From the human T2T-CHM13v2.0 reference genome, Homo sapiens: a stretch of DNA of 64,000 nucleotides. The stretch is taken from NCBI RefSeq assembly GCF_009914755.1, contig NC_060946.1; one strand, 5' to 3'. Position numbers and translations under genes: made by a program. Below, piece after piece: positions 23,176-41,209 of the stretch. How positions within the stretch are numbered: position 1 is the stretch's first letter; each line of letters starts with the position of its first letter. The notes below the pieces were generated by a model. It was given only the letters and a program-made list of their open reading frames with translations. It had not been told where the DNA came from and did no database searches.

Positions 23176-24894
23176 CCTTTAGTTACACTTTCAGAAATAT
23201 TACTGTAAATCAAATGGCAAGAATAAAATAGTTATTTGAGGCAGTTTTAGTATGTTGGACCTGGAGTCCAAAGACTTGGGTCAAACTCCAGCTTTGTCAG
23301 TTCCTAGACCTGTGACCTTAAACAGCAACCTTCTCTGTGAACCTTAGTTCCCTCAGGAACGGCTCTGGTCACCTCCTGCTGTACTCCATTGATGACTCAC
23401 CACATAAGGCTCCCTGGGAGTCCCCCAAACCTTTGCTCTCTTAACTCCTTTTACAGCCTCCTACATCTCCTGCAGGTGCTGTCTTCTCCTCCTTTTTCCA
23501 GGCCCTGCTCTGACACAGCATTCATTCTCCTCTGGGAAGGGTTCCTTCAATGTGTCTCCAAGCACATCACACCCAGGAAGGACCCTGTGGCCATATCTGT
23601 CTATCACCAGATCAAACTACGTGAAGGCAGGCACTAGGTACTGTCAGTGCCCAGCATAGGCCTGGCCCATACCAGGTGTCCACAGATGCCTAGTAAAGAA
23701 ACCTATGATTCAGGACCCCCATGATGAGCAACTATAGCACTAGAACAGTGATAATAACTAATGTTTATAATGCATCTTCAGTTTACAGAGGGCTTTTGTA
23801 CTCATCATCTAGTTTAGTTCCTGCAACAACCTCTTGAGGAATATAGCACAAGCAGGACAAGGGAAGCCCAGAGATGTTAAATAATTTATCCAAGTTTATG
23901 CTGCTGGGAAGGGCAGCACTGAAATTAAAAGAAAAGTTTTCTGAGCTCAAATCCCATGCCCTTTCCTCAATGTGAGCTCTAGCAAGGTATTCAGGAATCC
24001 TGCCTCTACAGTTCAGAGCCTCAAATTGCTGGGTATGTTGAGTTCTTGTATCTGATTTTTCTAGATTTCCTGCCCACATTCTTACTGTCTGGATATCAGG
24101 AAAGAGTTTATCAAATGCCTGTGGAAATCCAAGATAAGGTCTCATGATGAGTAACCCAGTGAAAACATGAAGTCAAGTCTAACTAGTCACTACTATTTCA
24201 CTACTGCTGACTCCTGATGATCAGCTCCTTTTCTAAGTGCTTACTGTCCACTTATTCCATCATCTGCCTAGAATTTATGTGAAGGAATCAAAGCAAAAGG
24301 ATCATAAGGCTTCCTTTTTCCAGTATGTTTTTCCTCCTTTTTGAAAACTGGGCCAGTTAGCTATCTCCATTTTTATTTCATGAATACATCCCCAGCGCCT
24401 GGTATATAGTAGATATGGAACATTACACTTTGGAAATATTGCACCCATTCTCCAGTTTCTCCAAAGTTACTAACAATGGTTCCATCACTGTGCCAACATA
24501 TTTTCTTTTTTCAATATATTGGGAAATAATTCTCCCAGTCTGAAAATCTGAACACATTTCATGTGACTTGGTATCCTCATATGTCTTGGGCTTCCAATTC
24601 TCCATTCCTAGTTTCAAGTTCATGAACTGTAAAACAAAGGATTAGACTAAATCTCTAAAGTTCTATCCAGATGCCAAATTCTTTTCTCTTTCCATGATAC
24701 CTAAGATAGATGCCAAATATTGTCTTTTACCTGGTGTTTGTGAACATGACATCACATTACAGGAGTAGCAGATACTAAACTCTCACTCTGTAAAACACTG
24801 ACTGAGTTCCATGAGCCAGATACTGAAGTGAGCTTGTTCACATATGTTCTCATTTAATGCTCATAACCCTGTGAAGCTGGGAATTGCTGGGACA

Positions 24895-25207
<313 letters not shown>

Positions 25208-27218
25208 TAGAAGGATGACTGCTGCTATAATGTAGAAAGTGATTTGGAAGAGGGGAGGAGTGGGGCACGAAAGATGGTTAGTAGATGGGGGTGGTAATGC
25301 TTACCTTTCAGTATTTGGAGGCTTCGGAGTCCTCAAAAATTCTCTTCCTTGATTGGAGTCCTCCCAGCCAATAGAGGGCTTCACACAAACAGTTTCTTGG
25401 GTTTTGAATTGTTTGACCAGAGCTTTCTTCCGACAAAAGGTTGGGGTGATTCATTCACTTACCACACCTTGCCTGAACATTCACTTGGGGCTGCCTGTTA
25501 TGAAGGCTATTGTTCTCCAGCCTGTCACAGACGCTTTGAAGACCTGTGCCTCAGCTGGTTCTAAGGAGTCAGTTTGTTCAGCTCCGTGCCAGGTTTCCAA
25601 CTTATGAAATGTGCTGGAGATTAACACCTCTCCTGCCATTTTATCCCTACTATAATTGCCAGTCAAAGGATTCCTGCAGTTGCCTCTGGCAGCCATAACT
25701 GATGAATGTTCTGCCAGCTGCTCTGAGGACCTAGAAGAGCAGTTTTCTATCCAGGACCAGTTTCCAAGGGTGGGAGGGTGAAATATATCCTCCAGTGTGA
25801 CATTTCATCTCCCAGTGATGGGTGGCTTGGGCCCTTTGAAGTTGGCTCTGAGGAACCACACACTTGGGTCTGAGCAGCCAGCAGCTTATCACATCTGGTG
25901 ATCAATCCTTCAAAGGTTCCTCCTGAAGTCTGAATTTTTGGAGGTCAAATGGATTCCACCTGGGAGGGGCTTCTGCTTCAACTCAGGACATGGGGAGAAG
26001 GCTGTTCCTCTTCCAGGGGGAGGCAGTTTTCATGGCATTGAGATGTCCTCTCACTTATTCCCCACCCACCCACCAAGTCCTTTGTAAGAGGAGTAGGGGG
26101 AGAGGAGAGCGCCTGCAGCCTCCTGCTCACATTCCTAGACACCGACTCACTGAGCCCGTCGCCGCTGGAACAGCAGAGCTGTGTGAAATGTCAAGAGGAG
26201 TTATGCTCATAGGCTCCCTGGCCTCAGTCTCTTTGTGGCTTGCATATTCTTCCATTAGTACTGTGTTCATCACATGGAAATCAGAGGGTACAATTAAAAG
26301 ATAATTTGCTAGTCCCAGACTTAATTTGGGGCCCCCTTCTTGCCTGATTGAATTACAGGGGAACATAATAGATTTTTGGTGAGAAATAGTTGTCTGTGTG
26401 GCTGGGAGAAAGATTGCTCCCAGCTCTCCAGCTGGGCAGCCCTTTCAGTATCCCGTATGTTATTTCCCCACTTCCAGCCCACCTCACCTCCTCTGTGGCC
26501 CTTGTGTGTCCCCTCGGCTAGGATCCTGACCTCCTGCTCAAGAGTTTAAACTCAACTTGAGACCCAAGGAAAATAGAGAGCCCTCTGCAACCTCATAGGG
26601 GTGAAAAATGTTGATGCTGGGAGCTATTTAGAGACCTAACCAAGGCCCAGACAGAGAGAGTGACTTGCTAAAGGCCACATAGCTAGCCCACAGTAGTTGT
26701 AACAATAGTCTTAATGATATTAATGGCTAACATTTATCAACCTTTAATGTGTCCCAGACTTTGTGCCAAGGGCTTACATGCAGTGCATTGTCGCATTCAA
26801 ACCCAGACAGTCTGGCTCTGGGCCCAGGCTGAGCTTTGGTATAGCATGGTAGAACGTTGTCTATAATGTCTAGTCTGGGTTCAAATCCTGGCTTCACTTC
26901 TCACATTTACAGCTGAGTGACCTCAGGCAAGTGATTTAACCTCCCTGTACCTCAGTTGCTTTATCTGTAAAGAGAAAAATCACAGCACTGTGGAATAGTG
27001 GGGGTTAAAATTCATTCATACAAGTAGTGCTGCAAGCAATGTTTAATACAGGGTGAGCACCTGTTCAGTGCTTCCTTCTTCTGGCTGCCTCTGGGGCTAG
27101 AGTGTGGTGTCTTCGTGGTATAGATAGATAGATATGGCTGAGCTCTGCACAAACACCAAGAGCTGTTCTTCACTATTAGAGGTAGTAAACAGAGTGGTTG
27201 AGCTCTGTGGTTCTAGAA

Positions 27219-28770
<1,552 letters not shown>

Positions 28771-30239
28771 CACCCTCACCACTTATCAGCTATTTGTCTT
28801 GAGAATAGTGACATAACCCCTCAGAACCTATTTCCTAATCTGTTAAATGAGGCTGATGACGTTTCCTCCTTTTACTGGCAATTTAAACATGATGGATAAT
28901 AAATGCTAAGCACTTAACACAGGGCCTAGAAGATATTAACTGCTCAATAAATGGTAGCTTCTTAACAGTATTCAAACCCATGTGCTCTTATCACATGCAT
29001 TGTTGTCCCTGTGTCCAGTTGGTGGAATGGGAAAAGGCTCCCTTGTAACCCCATCTACCATCTTTATCAGACTTTCCTGCCATGGTTCACAGTAAGAGAT
29101 AGAAGCTGCACGGTGACTTCTGGCTCTTTACAATGGTGAGCGGTGTGTGCCTGGTAAGGGAGAGCTGATGTCACTGCCCCAAATCCAGTAGTGAGATCTG
29201 AGTGTTCTGGTTTCCTCCAGCAGCCTTGCTTTTTCCTTTACAATCCTGCAGGCAGGGAGACAAGGGCTTTCTACATGGTAGGCTCTGGTTTGGTCATCGT
29301 CACAACTGGGGGCTGTTCAGGTGGGCTCCCATTCCAGATACCTAGGCTTATCAATCCCTTTTGGCACCCCAGGCCTTTTTCTCCCTCATGCCCCATTTTT
29401 CAGTTTGAAAAGCATGGTTATCACAGGACAAGTAGAAGAAGCTCCACTGTCCACTGAGGCCAATGGATGGTGTTCTGCATGTGAACACTCAGTGAATAGT
29501 GAGTGAATGAGAGTAACCTGGGCTCCATCCTATTTGCAGAGAGCTTTGGAAAAGATTTTTCTCCTTAAAGAGCCAGAATGAAGCCTGGTAGTGGGAGAGC
29601 TCCAGCTCTAGAGTCACATGAGCCTACATTTAAATTCCAGCCCTGCCACTGACTCCCTTTTTGACCTTGAGTGAGTTACCTAATCTCTCTGTACCTCACT
29701 TTTCTTGTCTGTAGAGTGGGAATAATTCCTGTCTCAGAGAAATAAAAGAGTGCATATAGTGTTTGCCACATGGAGACACATCAGGTGTAGGTTAATACTC
29801 TGGGCCTTGTTTCCTTATTTGCAACACAGCCCTGCCCTGGAGTGGAAGTGGCACCTCCCATTGGTCAGCTCTTGAGGCTGTCCCCAGGACAGGCAGAGGG
29901 AGGGAATGAATGGGAGCCCTAGTGCCAGGACAGAACAGATGGCAGCTCAGAGCTAGGATGGCTCTCTGGACCTGTCTCTCCTACCAGAGGTCCCCCCGTC
30001 TGGTGTGGCTCTTCCTGGACCTGGCATCCTCTGCTTTTTTTTTTTTTCCACCTCCAAGCAGAATTACTGTCCTGTAGGCAGCTCCTCTGCTTGAGGACAT
30101 CTGGGGCCAGATATGTTCACACTCTATCCTGCCTTGCCCTTCCCTGAGCTCAGGATGGACGCTCAATTGGTCCCAGTTATTGTCTGCAGCGCCTGCCTGC
30201 AGCCTCGATCCAGCCCAGCTCCACCCCTTGCCTGCAAGG

Positions 30240-30702
30240 TCTGTTTCCTAACAGCTGCTCCAACCACACACCTCGGTTCTGCGGGAGCCCCTCCTCTTCC
30301 TCCCTCCCTCCCTCATTCAGGGGTGGGACTGAAGAAGAAGGCTAACTTGACAGCAGCGCTTCTTTCTTAGCTAGTCACCGGCCCCTGCTCAAGAATGCCA
30401 GTGTGTGTGTAGCCTCCACAGAGAGGTCGTTTTCTCGGAGTCCAGAGGGGCCGCCTGAGCTTCTGAGAACTAGGGAGGAGCCATCCCAGCCATGAGCCCC
30501 TGTGGGAATCTGCTGGGGGCCAAGTGGCCTGGAGTCCTCAGGCTCCCGCAGCTGCTCCGGAGGGAGAGGTGAGCTCAGGGCAGCCTGCCTGCAGCCAGAG
30601 GTGCCGGGAGCCCCGGGCCTGTCATGGTGGCCATCTACAGCCGGCCTGAGGCAGTCACAGACGGATTTGCAGCTGAGCCTGTCTATCTGGTGTGGGAAGA
30701 AG
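30240..30702 (+). promoter_or_regulatory. LIMK2: Internal promoter and 5' UTR region of LIMK2b / LIMK2-1 (TSS not determinable)
   Basis: Repeat-free, GC-richer stretch with more CpGs than the surrounding intron, directly upstream of the 2b ATG; LIMK2b is known to use an alternative first exon. Confidence 0.55.
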
Positions 30703-30755
30703 ATGGGGAGTTACTTGTCAGTCCCGGCTTACTTCACCTCCAGAGACCTGTTTCG
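30703..30755 (+). CDS. LIMK2: LIMK2 alternative first exon 1b, coding part (LIMK2b and LIMK2-1)
   Basis: aagATGG start; MGSYLSVPAYFTSRDLF(R); GTGAGT donor in phase 2, matching exon 3. Confidence 0.95.
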
Positions 30756-33700
30756 GTGAGTTGGTCTCCGAGTTCCCCTCTCCATCTCTCCTGGCCCCTG
30801 GTCCTGAGAGGAGGGTGGTCTCCCTAAATCTCCTTCTCACTTAGTCCTTTACCATCGGTTCTGCCGGGCAGAAGCCAGCGGAGGTTATACCCAAGGAGAA
30901 TCGGCCTTGTGAGGTACCCCCATTATGTCCTGGAAGTGGTGAGGGGAGGGATATACCCAGAAGAAACTTCTTAGGGAGCTCCAGCTCCCCTTCTATCCCA
31001 GACAAACCTGAAGGAGCCTCCAAAAGATGCCACTGACCTGCCCATTGTAGATGTTACTGCTTCCGGGGGGAATAGCCCAAATAGAGTGCTGTTTCCAGCT
31101 CTCACATGTCTTACCTGCGGGCCATGCTGCCTGCCCAGGAATTTGTCCCAACAAGCAGGATGGGCAGGTTTTGCCAAACTGTGGAAACTGGCAAGTCCTG
31201 GGTGTGGGTAGCCTGGTACACAGTAGGCACCTTATAAACGTTTGTTCTCTTAATGGCAGGCACATTTGCCTCTGGCCTTGAAGGGCTTCTGAGCTCCCAG
31301 GTGAATGTAGTTGCTGGGGAAAGACCTGGGCGAGTGCTTCTAAGACTGGAGCAATGGGCTTTAGAGTGTTCCTGAGCTGCTGGGCCAGCCCCCACACCTC
31401 CTCAGTCCCTAGGCCTAAGTACCTCCACGAGCCTCTCTCTGTGGGGCTTCTCAGAGGGAGATGTGGAAACTCTACCTCTAACCTGGCTTTCTTTGCTCAT
31501 TGCCCCACTCCACCTCCCATAGAAACTCCCCAGGGGGTTTCTGGCCCTCTGGGTCCCTTCTGAATGGAGCCATTCCAGGCTAGGGTGGGGTTTGTTTTCA
31601 TTCTTTGGGAGCAGCCTGTTGTTCCAAAAAGGCTGCCTCCCCCTCACCAGTGGTCCTGGTCGACTTTTCCCTTCTGGCTTCTCTAAGCTAGGTCCAGTGC
31701 CCAGATCTTGCTGCCGGGATACTAGTCAGGTGGCCAGGCCCTGGGCAGAAAAGCAGTGTACCATGTGGTTTTGTGGAATGACCGGACCCTGGTAGATTGC
31801 TGGGAAGTGTCTGGACAGGGGGAAGGGGGAAGGGAACTGGTCCTCAATGCTGACTCTACCAAGCGCCCTGCTAGACACTTTATCCTTTAATCTCTCAACA
31901 GCCTAAAGAGATTATATATCCCCATTTTACAGATGAGGCAACCAGTTTCAACAGAGTTAACATATGGAGCCTCACTGGGCAGCTTTTTCTGTCTTCCTGA
32001 CTTTCTCTCATCCTTCAGGGGGCTGCAGGTTTGTTTTCTTCTCCTAGTGGAGAGGAAATTCTCAGGTTTGTTTTCCTCTCCTAGCAGAGAGTAAAAAAAG
32101 GGATAGTTTGCCTGACTTGTTGAAGGTGTGGCTGAGATTGTTTTCTAAAGAGCCAATGGAAATTGATCTTGAGTTTAGGAGAAAGCTTTTACATGTGGAA
32201 TTAAGATGCCAAGTGTTGAAGTAGCCACATTTCAGGTCCTCATTAATTTCTCTTAATCCTGGGAAGGCAGCTTAGGAGAAGGGTTGTTCCTTTAGGAGCC
32301 AGGAACTATACCCCTTTTACCCTTGGAGAGGCAGGGAAGCCAGGGAGGACACAACTTCTCAGGAAGAGGAGAAGCTAGAGCAGATAGTGAACTCTCAACC
32401 TGAACCTTTAAGGGCCAGACCACTAATGCCACCCAAGTCCACCTGCCGTTTGTCTTGTTCTGTCCCAGGCTTTCTGGAGAACCTGATCTTCTTGCCCCTA
32501 CCCCCAAGCTCCGTTTGCCCAGCTAGAGTCTGGGGGGTACTGACTGACTTTCGTAGACATTCTTCCCTTCCCCAAATAAGAGGCCACATTCCTGAAGTCA
32601 CTTCTGAAGAGATAGCTGCCACACAGGGCTCTTTCCCCCCAGGGAGGGACCACCCAGACCCTCTGCTCTCCCAGGTATCCGTTACCACATCACTACCTGG
32701 TCAGAAAGCTGTTTCTGCCATTAGCCCCTCCCTCTTTTATTATAGGATATCCTCAAGGGCTCCTCTTTGGGCCTCAGTTTCATCCTTGGCAGAAAGTAGA
32801 AGCTAGACTTCTTGGGCTCCTGAACAGGGTCCTTGCTGGATTCTGTGAAACAAATTAAGTTCTTGACCCTAGGCCTCTGGGGGAGTACAAAGTCTATGGG
32901 AGTTCTGGGGCTGTGGTTGCAAGGAAAGTGACGCAACCAGATTCCATGGGGACATGATCAGGCGTGACATGTGAGGGAGGAAGAGGGAGCAAGGGAATGA
33001 AGAATACAACTTCTGTGTCCCATACACCCCTGCCTGACAGGCCATACATACTCAGCAGAGAATGCACTGTCTTTCCTACCACACTAGCGTGAGGAGTGAG
33101 CTGCAATTACCACTGTGCTTCCAAGTAAGAAAATACCTCAAATTGGAATTTACAAAAGAGGTAAATTAGGGAGTGGCTTTTGTCGGACATCTTTAAAGCA
33201 TTTTTCTTTTTATAGAATTTCACTTAATGTCCAATACTGATTTAATGAGCTTGGGTTTACACATTATCTCTTGAAGAAAACAAATGAACCTTTGTGTTCC
33301 AAAGCAATCCATGTTTAAAGGGAAAAAATTATGCATAACTCTGCCCAGCTTCACAGTAACCTTTGGCAGGTGCCTTAGGTCCTCTGGGACTCTTTTCCTT
33401 ATCTGAAAAATGAAGGACTTGGATCAGGTGAATGGTTCCCAGCTCTGCAACTTATGTGGCTCCTCAGAGGCACACAAGCTCTTTTCCATTATTTGCCAAA
33501 TAATGGAGGCCCTGTCTTTAACTGCAGTACAACTACACAAAATACTTGAAACTACAGTCTTCCTGGTTTTTGGTTGGAACTGAATCAGTGCACTCTAGCA
33601 ACACTTATTTCTTGCTGTTCGTAGGCTTCATTATGTGTTTGGTTAATTTTTTAAAACAACAATAACATATTCCATAATAATTACAGCTTAATTGGCAGAC

Positions 33701-34206
33701 TGTTTCAGTCTATAGGATCTGCAGGAAGGAGGAGTAATAAAGGGATTTTTGACTGAGCTCTTATGGAACAGAGTCTCTCTAGGCCCCTGTCATATCTGCC
33801 CTTCTGGGCCCTGGGGAAAAGTTGGCATCCCCAGTTGTGGTGCTCTCCAGGTGCCCTCAGGCTGTGGTGGAGGGAGCTTCCCATTCTCTCCTTCAGCCCA
33901 CTCAATTCAGAGGCTAGGGGCTGAAAGAAGCTTCTCTACAACTGGCTGTTCACTGGGAGGTTAAGGGATGACCATCCAGCCAGGCCTTCCTCAGGACATG
34001 GGAGGGCTTATGCTTTAACATGTGTAAATCCACTGCAATAATGACTGGTTCTTTTACCCCATAAGGTTGAGAATTTACCTGTAAACATTTTTGTCTGAAG
34101 AATTTGGATGTAAGTGAGGGCTGGGCCTCTATCTTATCTCACTTGGCTTCTCTCAGCACAGCACCTTGCCTGCTTGTTCTTACACATCCTAGATGCACAG
34201 TAACTA

Positions 34207-34546
<340 letters not shown>

Positions 34547-36661
34547 GTTGATTTCTATTTGGATAGATAAATAATTCATTTTAGGACCTTTCTTTTTCAC
34601 TTACAGAAATCTGTTTCATTCTGGGCTGAGAAGCAGGTCCATATTGCTAGGCATAGGAGAAAAAGGGGTCTGTCTGCATTTGCCCTTGGTGGTCTCAAAT
34701 TGGGGAGGGAAAGAAATGAACACTTACTGGCTACCTTCTGTGAGCCAGGCATCATGCAAGACATCTGTACATAATTTAATTCTCATAACCCCATAAGATA
34801 TTATTAGCAATGTACAAGTGAGGAAACTGAGGCTCAGAGTCATGAAGTAACTGGCCTTGGGTGACACAGATGGTAAATGGCAGAGAAGGAATATGGATCC
34901 AGGTCTTGAAAGAGAAAATCTCAACTGATTATCTTTTTTAAAAAACTCATATGTTCTCTGCTGACTCAAAAGGTCTCTGTGTGGATCTGGGTTGACCCAC
35001 TGAACTGACCATCAGGGTTCCATGCACTTTGTATCTGCCCAAGCCCTCAGAACCCCTCAGTAATGTTTTGGAAGATGAGTTTTGGAGGTTGTCCTTAGGC
35101 ATAGCCTCAGCGTATGTAGGCCTCTAGGTGATCTCCCCTAACCTGAGGATTTCAGCTCAATTCACTCTGGCTCCTCAGGACAGTGGGATGACTGGTTCAG
35201 ACCTCAGCTTTACCACCTCCCAGCTGGGTACTCTTCTACCTACAGCCAGGGCAGATTTTGACTTTCACTTGAAACTTCCAAAAATTGAAAGGTAGAAAAA
35301 CAGCCTTGGCTTTGGGAAGAACGTATGATGTCCATGGCCTCTAAGCATCTGAGGTGGGACATGTTCGAGTAGCACCTTACAGTTCCAAAGTGTGTTCTGG
35401 GTTCTTTGTTTAAAAGAACAGAGACTGCTGGGGAATTGAACACTGTGAAGTATATGAAGGAGGAGAATTGTGCTATTTAACATTCAGTACTTGGGCTAAA
35501 GGAGAAGCATCACGAAGTGTTAACACTCAAAGGGTCTTGAGCTGTCAGGGCTCCAGCTTCCTTATTTTCACAGGTGAGAATCCTGAGGCTCAGCTGTTGA
35601 GATGTGCTGTCTCACTCCGGTGACATAGTACAGTGGATGTGGCTTTGCAGCCAAGCACACATAGCTTCACATTCCAGCTCCATCAATTATGTATTGGGCA
35701 GCTTTGCAGAATGATTTGACTTTAACTCTGCTTTTCAGTCTTCTGTAAAACAGGGATAATCCTGCTACCGTAGGGTTGTCAGGATTAGAGATAATATAAA
35801 TAAGGTACCTCATATAGGACCTGGATTATGGCTGGCATTCAATAAATAGTAGCTGTTAATTGATAGCTAAGCTAGAACTCTGAAGTCTACCATGGCAACT
35901 TCTTAAGTGGTCTGAGAACCCAGTTGTGTTCTGTGGCAAAACACAGCTTAGGGATCCATACCCAGCCCTCCTGTCAGCTGTTCACCTTCCAGTTCTTCAG
36001 AGACATGTGTGGCAGTGACTTTGGCCACATAGCTGGCTGTGCCCTTTAAAGGCATTCCTTGACACAGATATGTGGACTGGTGACGTTGCTCTCCAGCCAG
36101 GTGTTCTTCCCAGCAGGCTGGCCTGGCTGTCTCCTGCATGCCTGTACTTGTTTGTCTCCCTGCTCCCTCTCCTGGGCCTGGCCAGAGCTACTTGCAGCAA
36201 ACAAAAGCAGGATATTGGCAATGGAAAGGAGGGTGTGTTCTGGTGCTCCCATGCCCTGCGGCGCACATACCATTGCAAGGGCGTAACAGAGCCCAGGCCT
36301 GCATTTGGGTGCAAATAAGTCTGCACACAGAAGAAAAGAAGGACCTGGTGACCAGGAGCCATGGAACCCTTGTGCTCCCCTACCTGGGCTACTGGTTCTT
36401 GCCACTCCTACCATTTTCAGTTTGGAAATATTTGTTAAGGCTTTGCTCTTCCAGGTCCTTTGCTTGGTGCTGAGTCTACCAAGAGTAAGTGGGATGCTGT
36501 TTTTGTCCTCAGGGAGCTAACAGTCTAGTGAAGAAGAAAGATGGTTGCCCAGGAACTTCTAAGTCAGAAGGCAGGAGGCAAGAAGGAAGCCCCTGCTCCT
36601 ACTGCCAGCCCTCTGTTGGGCACCCCATAGTTCTTCAGAACCACATTTAATCCTCACTGCA

Positions 36662-37010
<349 letters not shown>

Positions 37011-37961
37011 TCACAAATGAGAAGTGAAGGGGCTAGCCCAAGATCACTTAGGTGGTAAATGGTGGTGCTAAGATTAGAACCTCAGATCATCTAGGGAAAA
37101 ACACAGATATGCACAGAGTTAAGGGGACCCAGGGTATTGTTTGTCCTCTTGTTTCACAGGTGGGGAAACAACCCAGAGAGGGAAAGGGGCTTGTCCAAGG
37201 CAATTTAGCACCCAAGAACTTGAACCCATATCTCTCTCCTCCTCATTTAGAGCTCATCCCACATGTATCTTATATTGAGAGGAGTGTGAGCCACATACCA
37301 AGAACAGTCTTCCCCTCTGCCTCCAACCTCACTGTGCAGTTTTGAGACACTTCACAGCCATACTCTTCATGCCATACCCAGCCCTTAAGACCCTGAAGTT
37401 CCCCTTCCATAAGACAAGTAGGAAAAGCTATAGGGTAAAAATAGCCATCAGTGTTTGTTGAGCACCCAGGAGGAATTGGGCACTCCAGAAAGATAAAGGG
37501 ATTCTCAGGGACTTGCTTCTCTAGACTTCCCTAGCTCAGCTGCTTCAACTCATTCCTGCCCCTCTTCTCTACCTCCCGCAGTGCTCAGAAGTAGTAGAAC
37601 TCACTGTGGCCTCTCACCTTGCATTGTTGAGTTTTATTTAGACTTTCTCTTCCTCAACTCTTCATAAGCTCATGAAAGGTGAAGTAGGGTGCCCTGTGTA
37701 TTTATCTTTTATATCTGCAGTGCTTAGCAAGTTATAATAATGCACTTGCCTGGCAAAAGGCTTTCTCTCATACATTAGCTTATTTCCTCTTCACATTGGC
37801 TCTTTGTAGTAATAGGATGCTATTAGTTATTTTCAATGAGAGAAAGCTACTAAGAGAAGTTGTCCAGCTAGTGACAGTAAGTGGCTGATAAAGTGAGCTG
37901 CCATTACATTGTCATCATCTTTAATAGAAGTTAACACATACTGAGTTTCTACTATATTGGG

Positions 37962-39840
<1,879 letters not shown>

Positions 39841-40269
39841 GCTTTTGTTCATTGAAGTATCTGTCAAGACCAGAGATCCTTAACTGGTGCCATAAATAGG
39901 TTTCAGAGAATCCTTTATATATACACCCTGTCCCCCACCTAAATTATATACACATCTTCTTTATATATTCATTTTTCTAGGGGAGGCTTCTTGGCTTTTA
40001 TCAAATTCTCAGAGGGCCCCAAGACCCAAAGAGGTTATGAAACACTAGTCTGTCCACTGAGGCAGGCAACACAGAGCTGGTTTCTGGGGCCTTGTTCAGT
40101 CTGAACCAGCTTCCCTTGGGGAGATAGCACAAGGCTGTAACTTTGCCCCATCTTGGCTTTGGATCAAAGAGGACTGTCCATTTTGTTGTCATACCTAGGA
40201 ACCAGGGACAGCTTATGTGGCCTGGTTCCAGGGATCCAGGAGAATTTCAGTTCTTGTCTTGCCTTTCAG

Positions 40270-40405
40270 GTGTTCAGAATGCCAGGATTCCCTCACCAAC
40301 TGGTACTATGAGAAGGATGGGAAGCTCTACTGCCCCAAGGACTACTGGGGGAAGTTTGGGGAGTTCTGTCATGGGTGCTCCCTGCTGATGACAGGGCCTT
40401 TTATG
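40270..40405 (+). CDS. LIMK2: LIMK2 exon 3 (LIM1/LIM2)
   Basis: tttcag acceptor, GTGAGT donor; [45 protein letters not shown]. Confidence 0.98.
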
Positions 40406-41099
40406 GTGAGTGAATCCCTTCATATCTGCCCCTCTTGGTCTTCAGAGTCCATTGACAGTGCTTCCAGTTCCCTGTGGCCTGTTAATCTTTTAGTCTTTCC
40501 ATCAGCCAGGGCATCTCCCTTTATTTATTCATTCATTCAACTAGCAGGTATCAATTGAGCACCTACTAAGTGAAAGGTAAGATCCTTCCCTCAAAGACTT
40601 AATAGTTGAACGTTGGGAGTGGGAGGAGAGGCAGGCAGAGAGGAGACACAATATAGTTGGATAAGGACCTCCAAGGAGAGTGTTACAGGCTGAGAGGAGG
40701 ATATACTTAGGTTGTCTTTAGGGAATCAGAAAAGGAGACTCTGGAATAGGCTGGCAGAGAGAGGGGCTACCTCCTATACCTGCTCTGGACAAACGACTTT
40801 AAGCATAGTGACAGATTTGCCAACCCTGTATTGGAAGAACTGATCTTTTTTAGTGGGGATGATTACTTCTGGGGATTTCTTCTCATAACTGAGACCAAAA
40901 CAGTTTTGTGCAGTCTCAGAAATGACAGGAGGTACCAATCTGACACTTCCTTTGGAAGCTCTAGGGCAGAGAGTGAAAGAGTGGATTTTGACGGGGGCCT
41001 TGCTTGGAGGTCATTCACCCACCCCTGTCCTCACTCCAGCAACAGTGATAACTCACTTCCTTCCTCCCTTTGTACACCCTTCTCCCCACCTGCTCACAG

Positions 41100-41209
41100 G
41101 TGGCTGGGGAGTTCAAGTACCACCCAGAGTGCTTTGCCTGTATGAGCTGCAAGGTGATCATTGAGGATGGGGATGCATATGCACTGGTGCAGCATGCCAC
41201 CCTCTACTG
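41100..41209 (+). CDS. LIMK2: LIMK2 exon 4 (LIM2)
   Basis: cacag acceptor, GTAAGA donor; [36 protein letters not shown](C). Confidence 0.98.
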
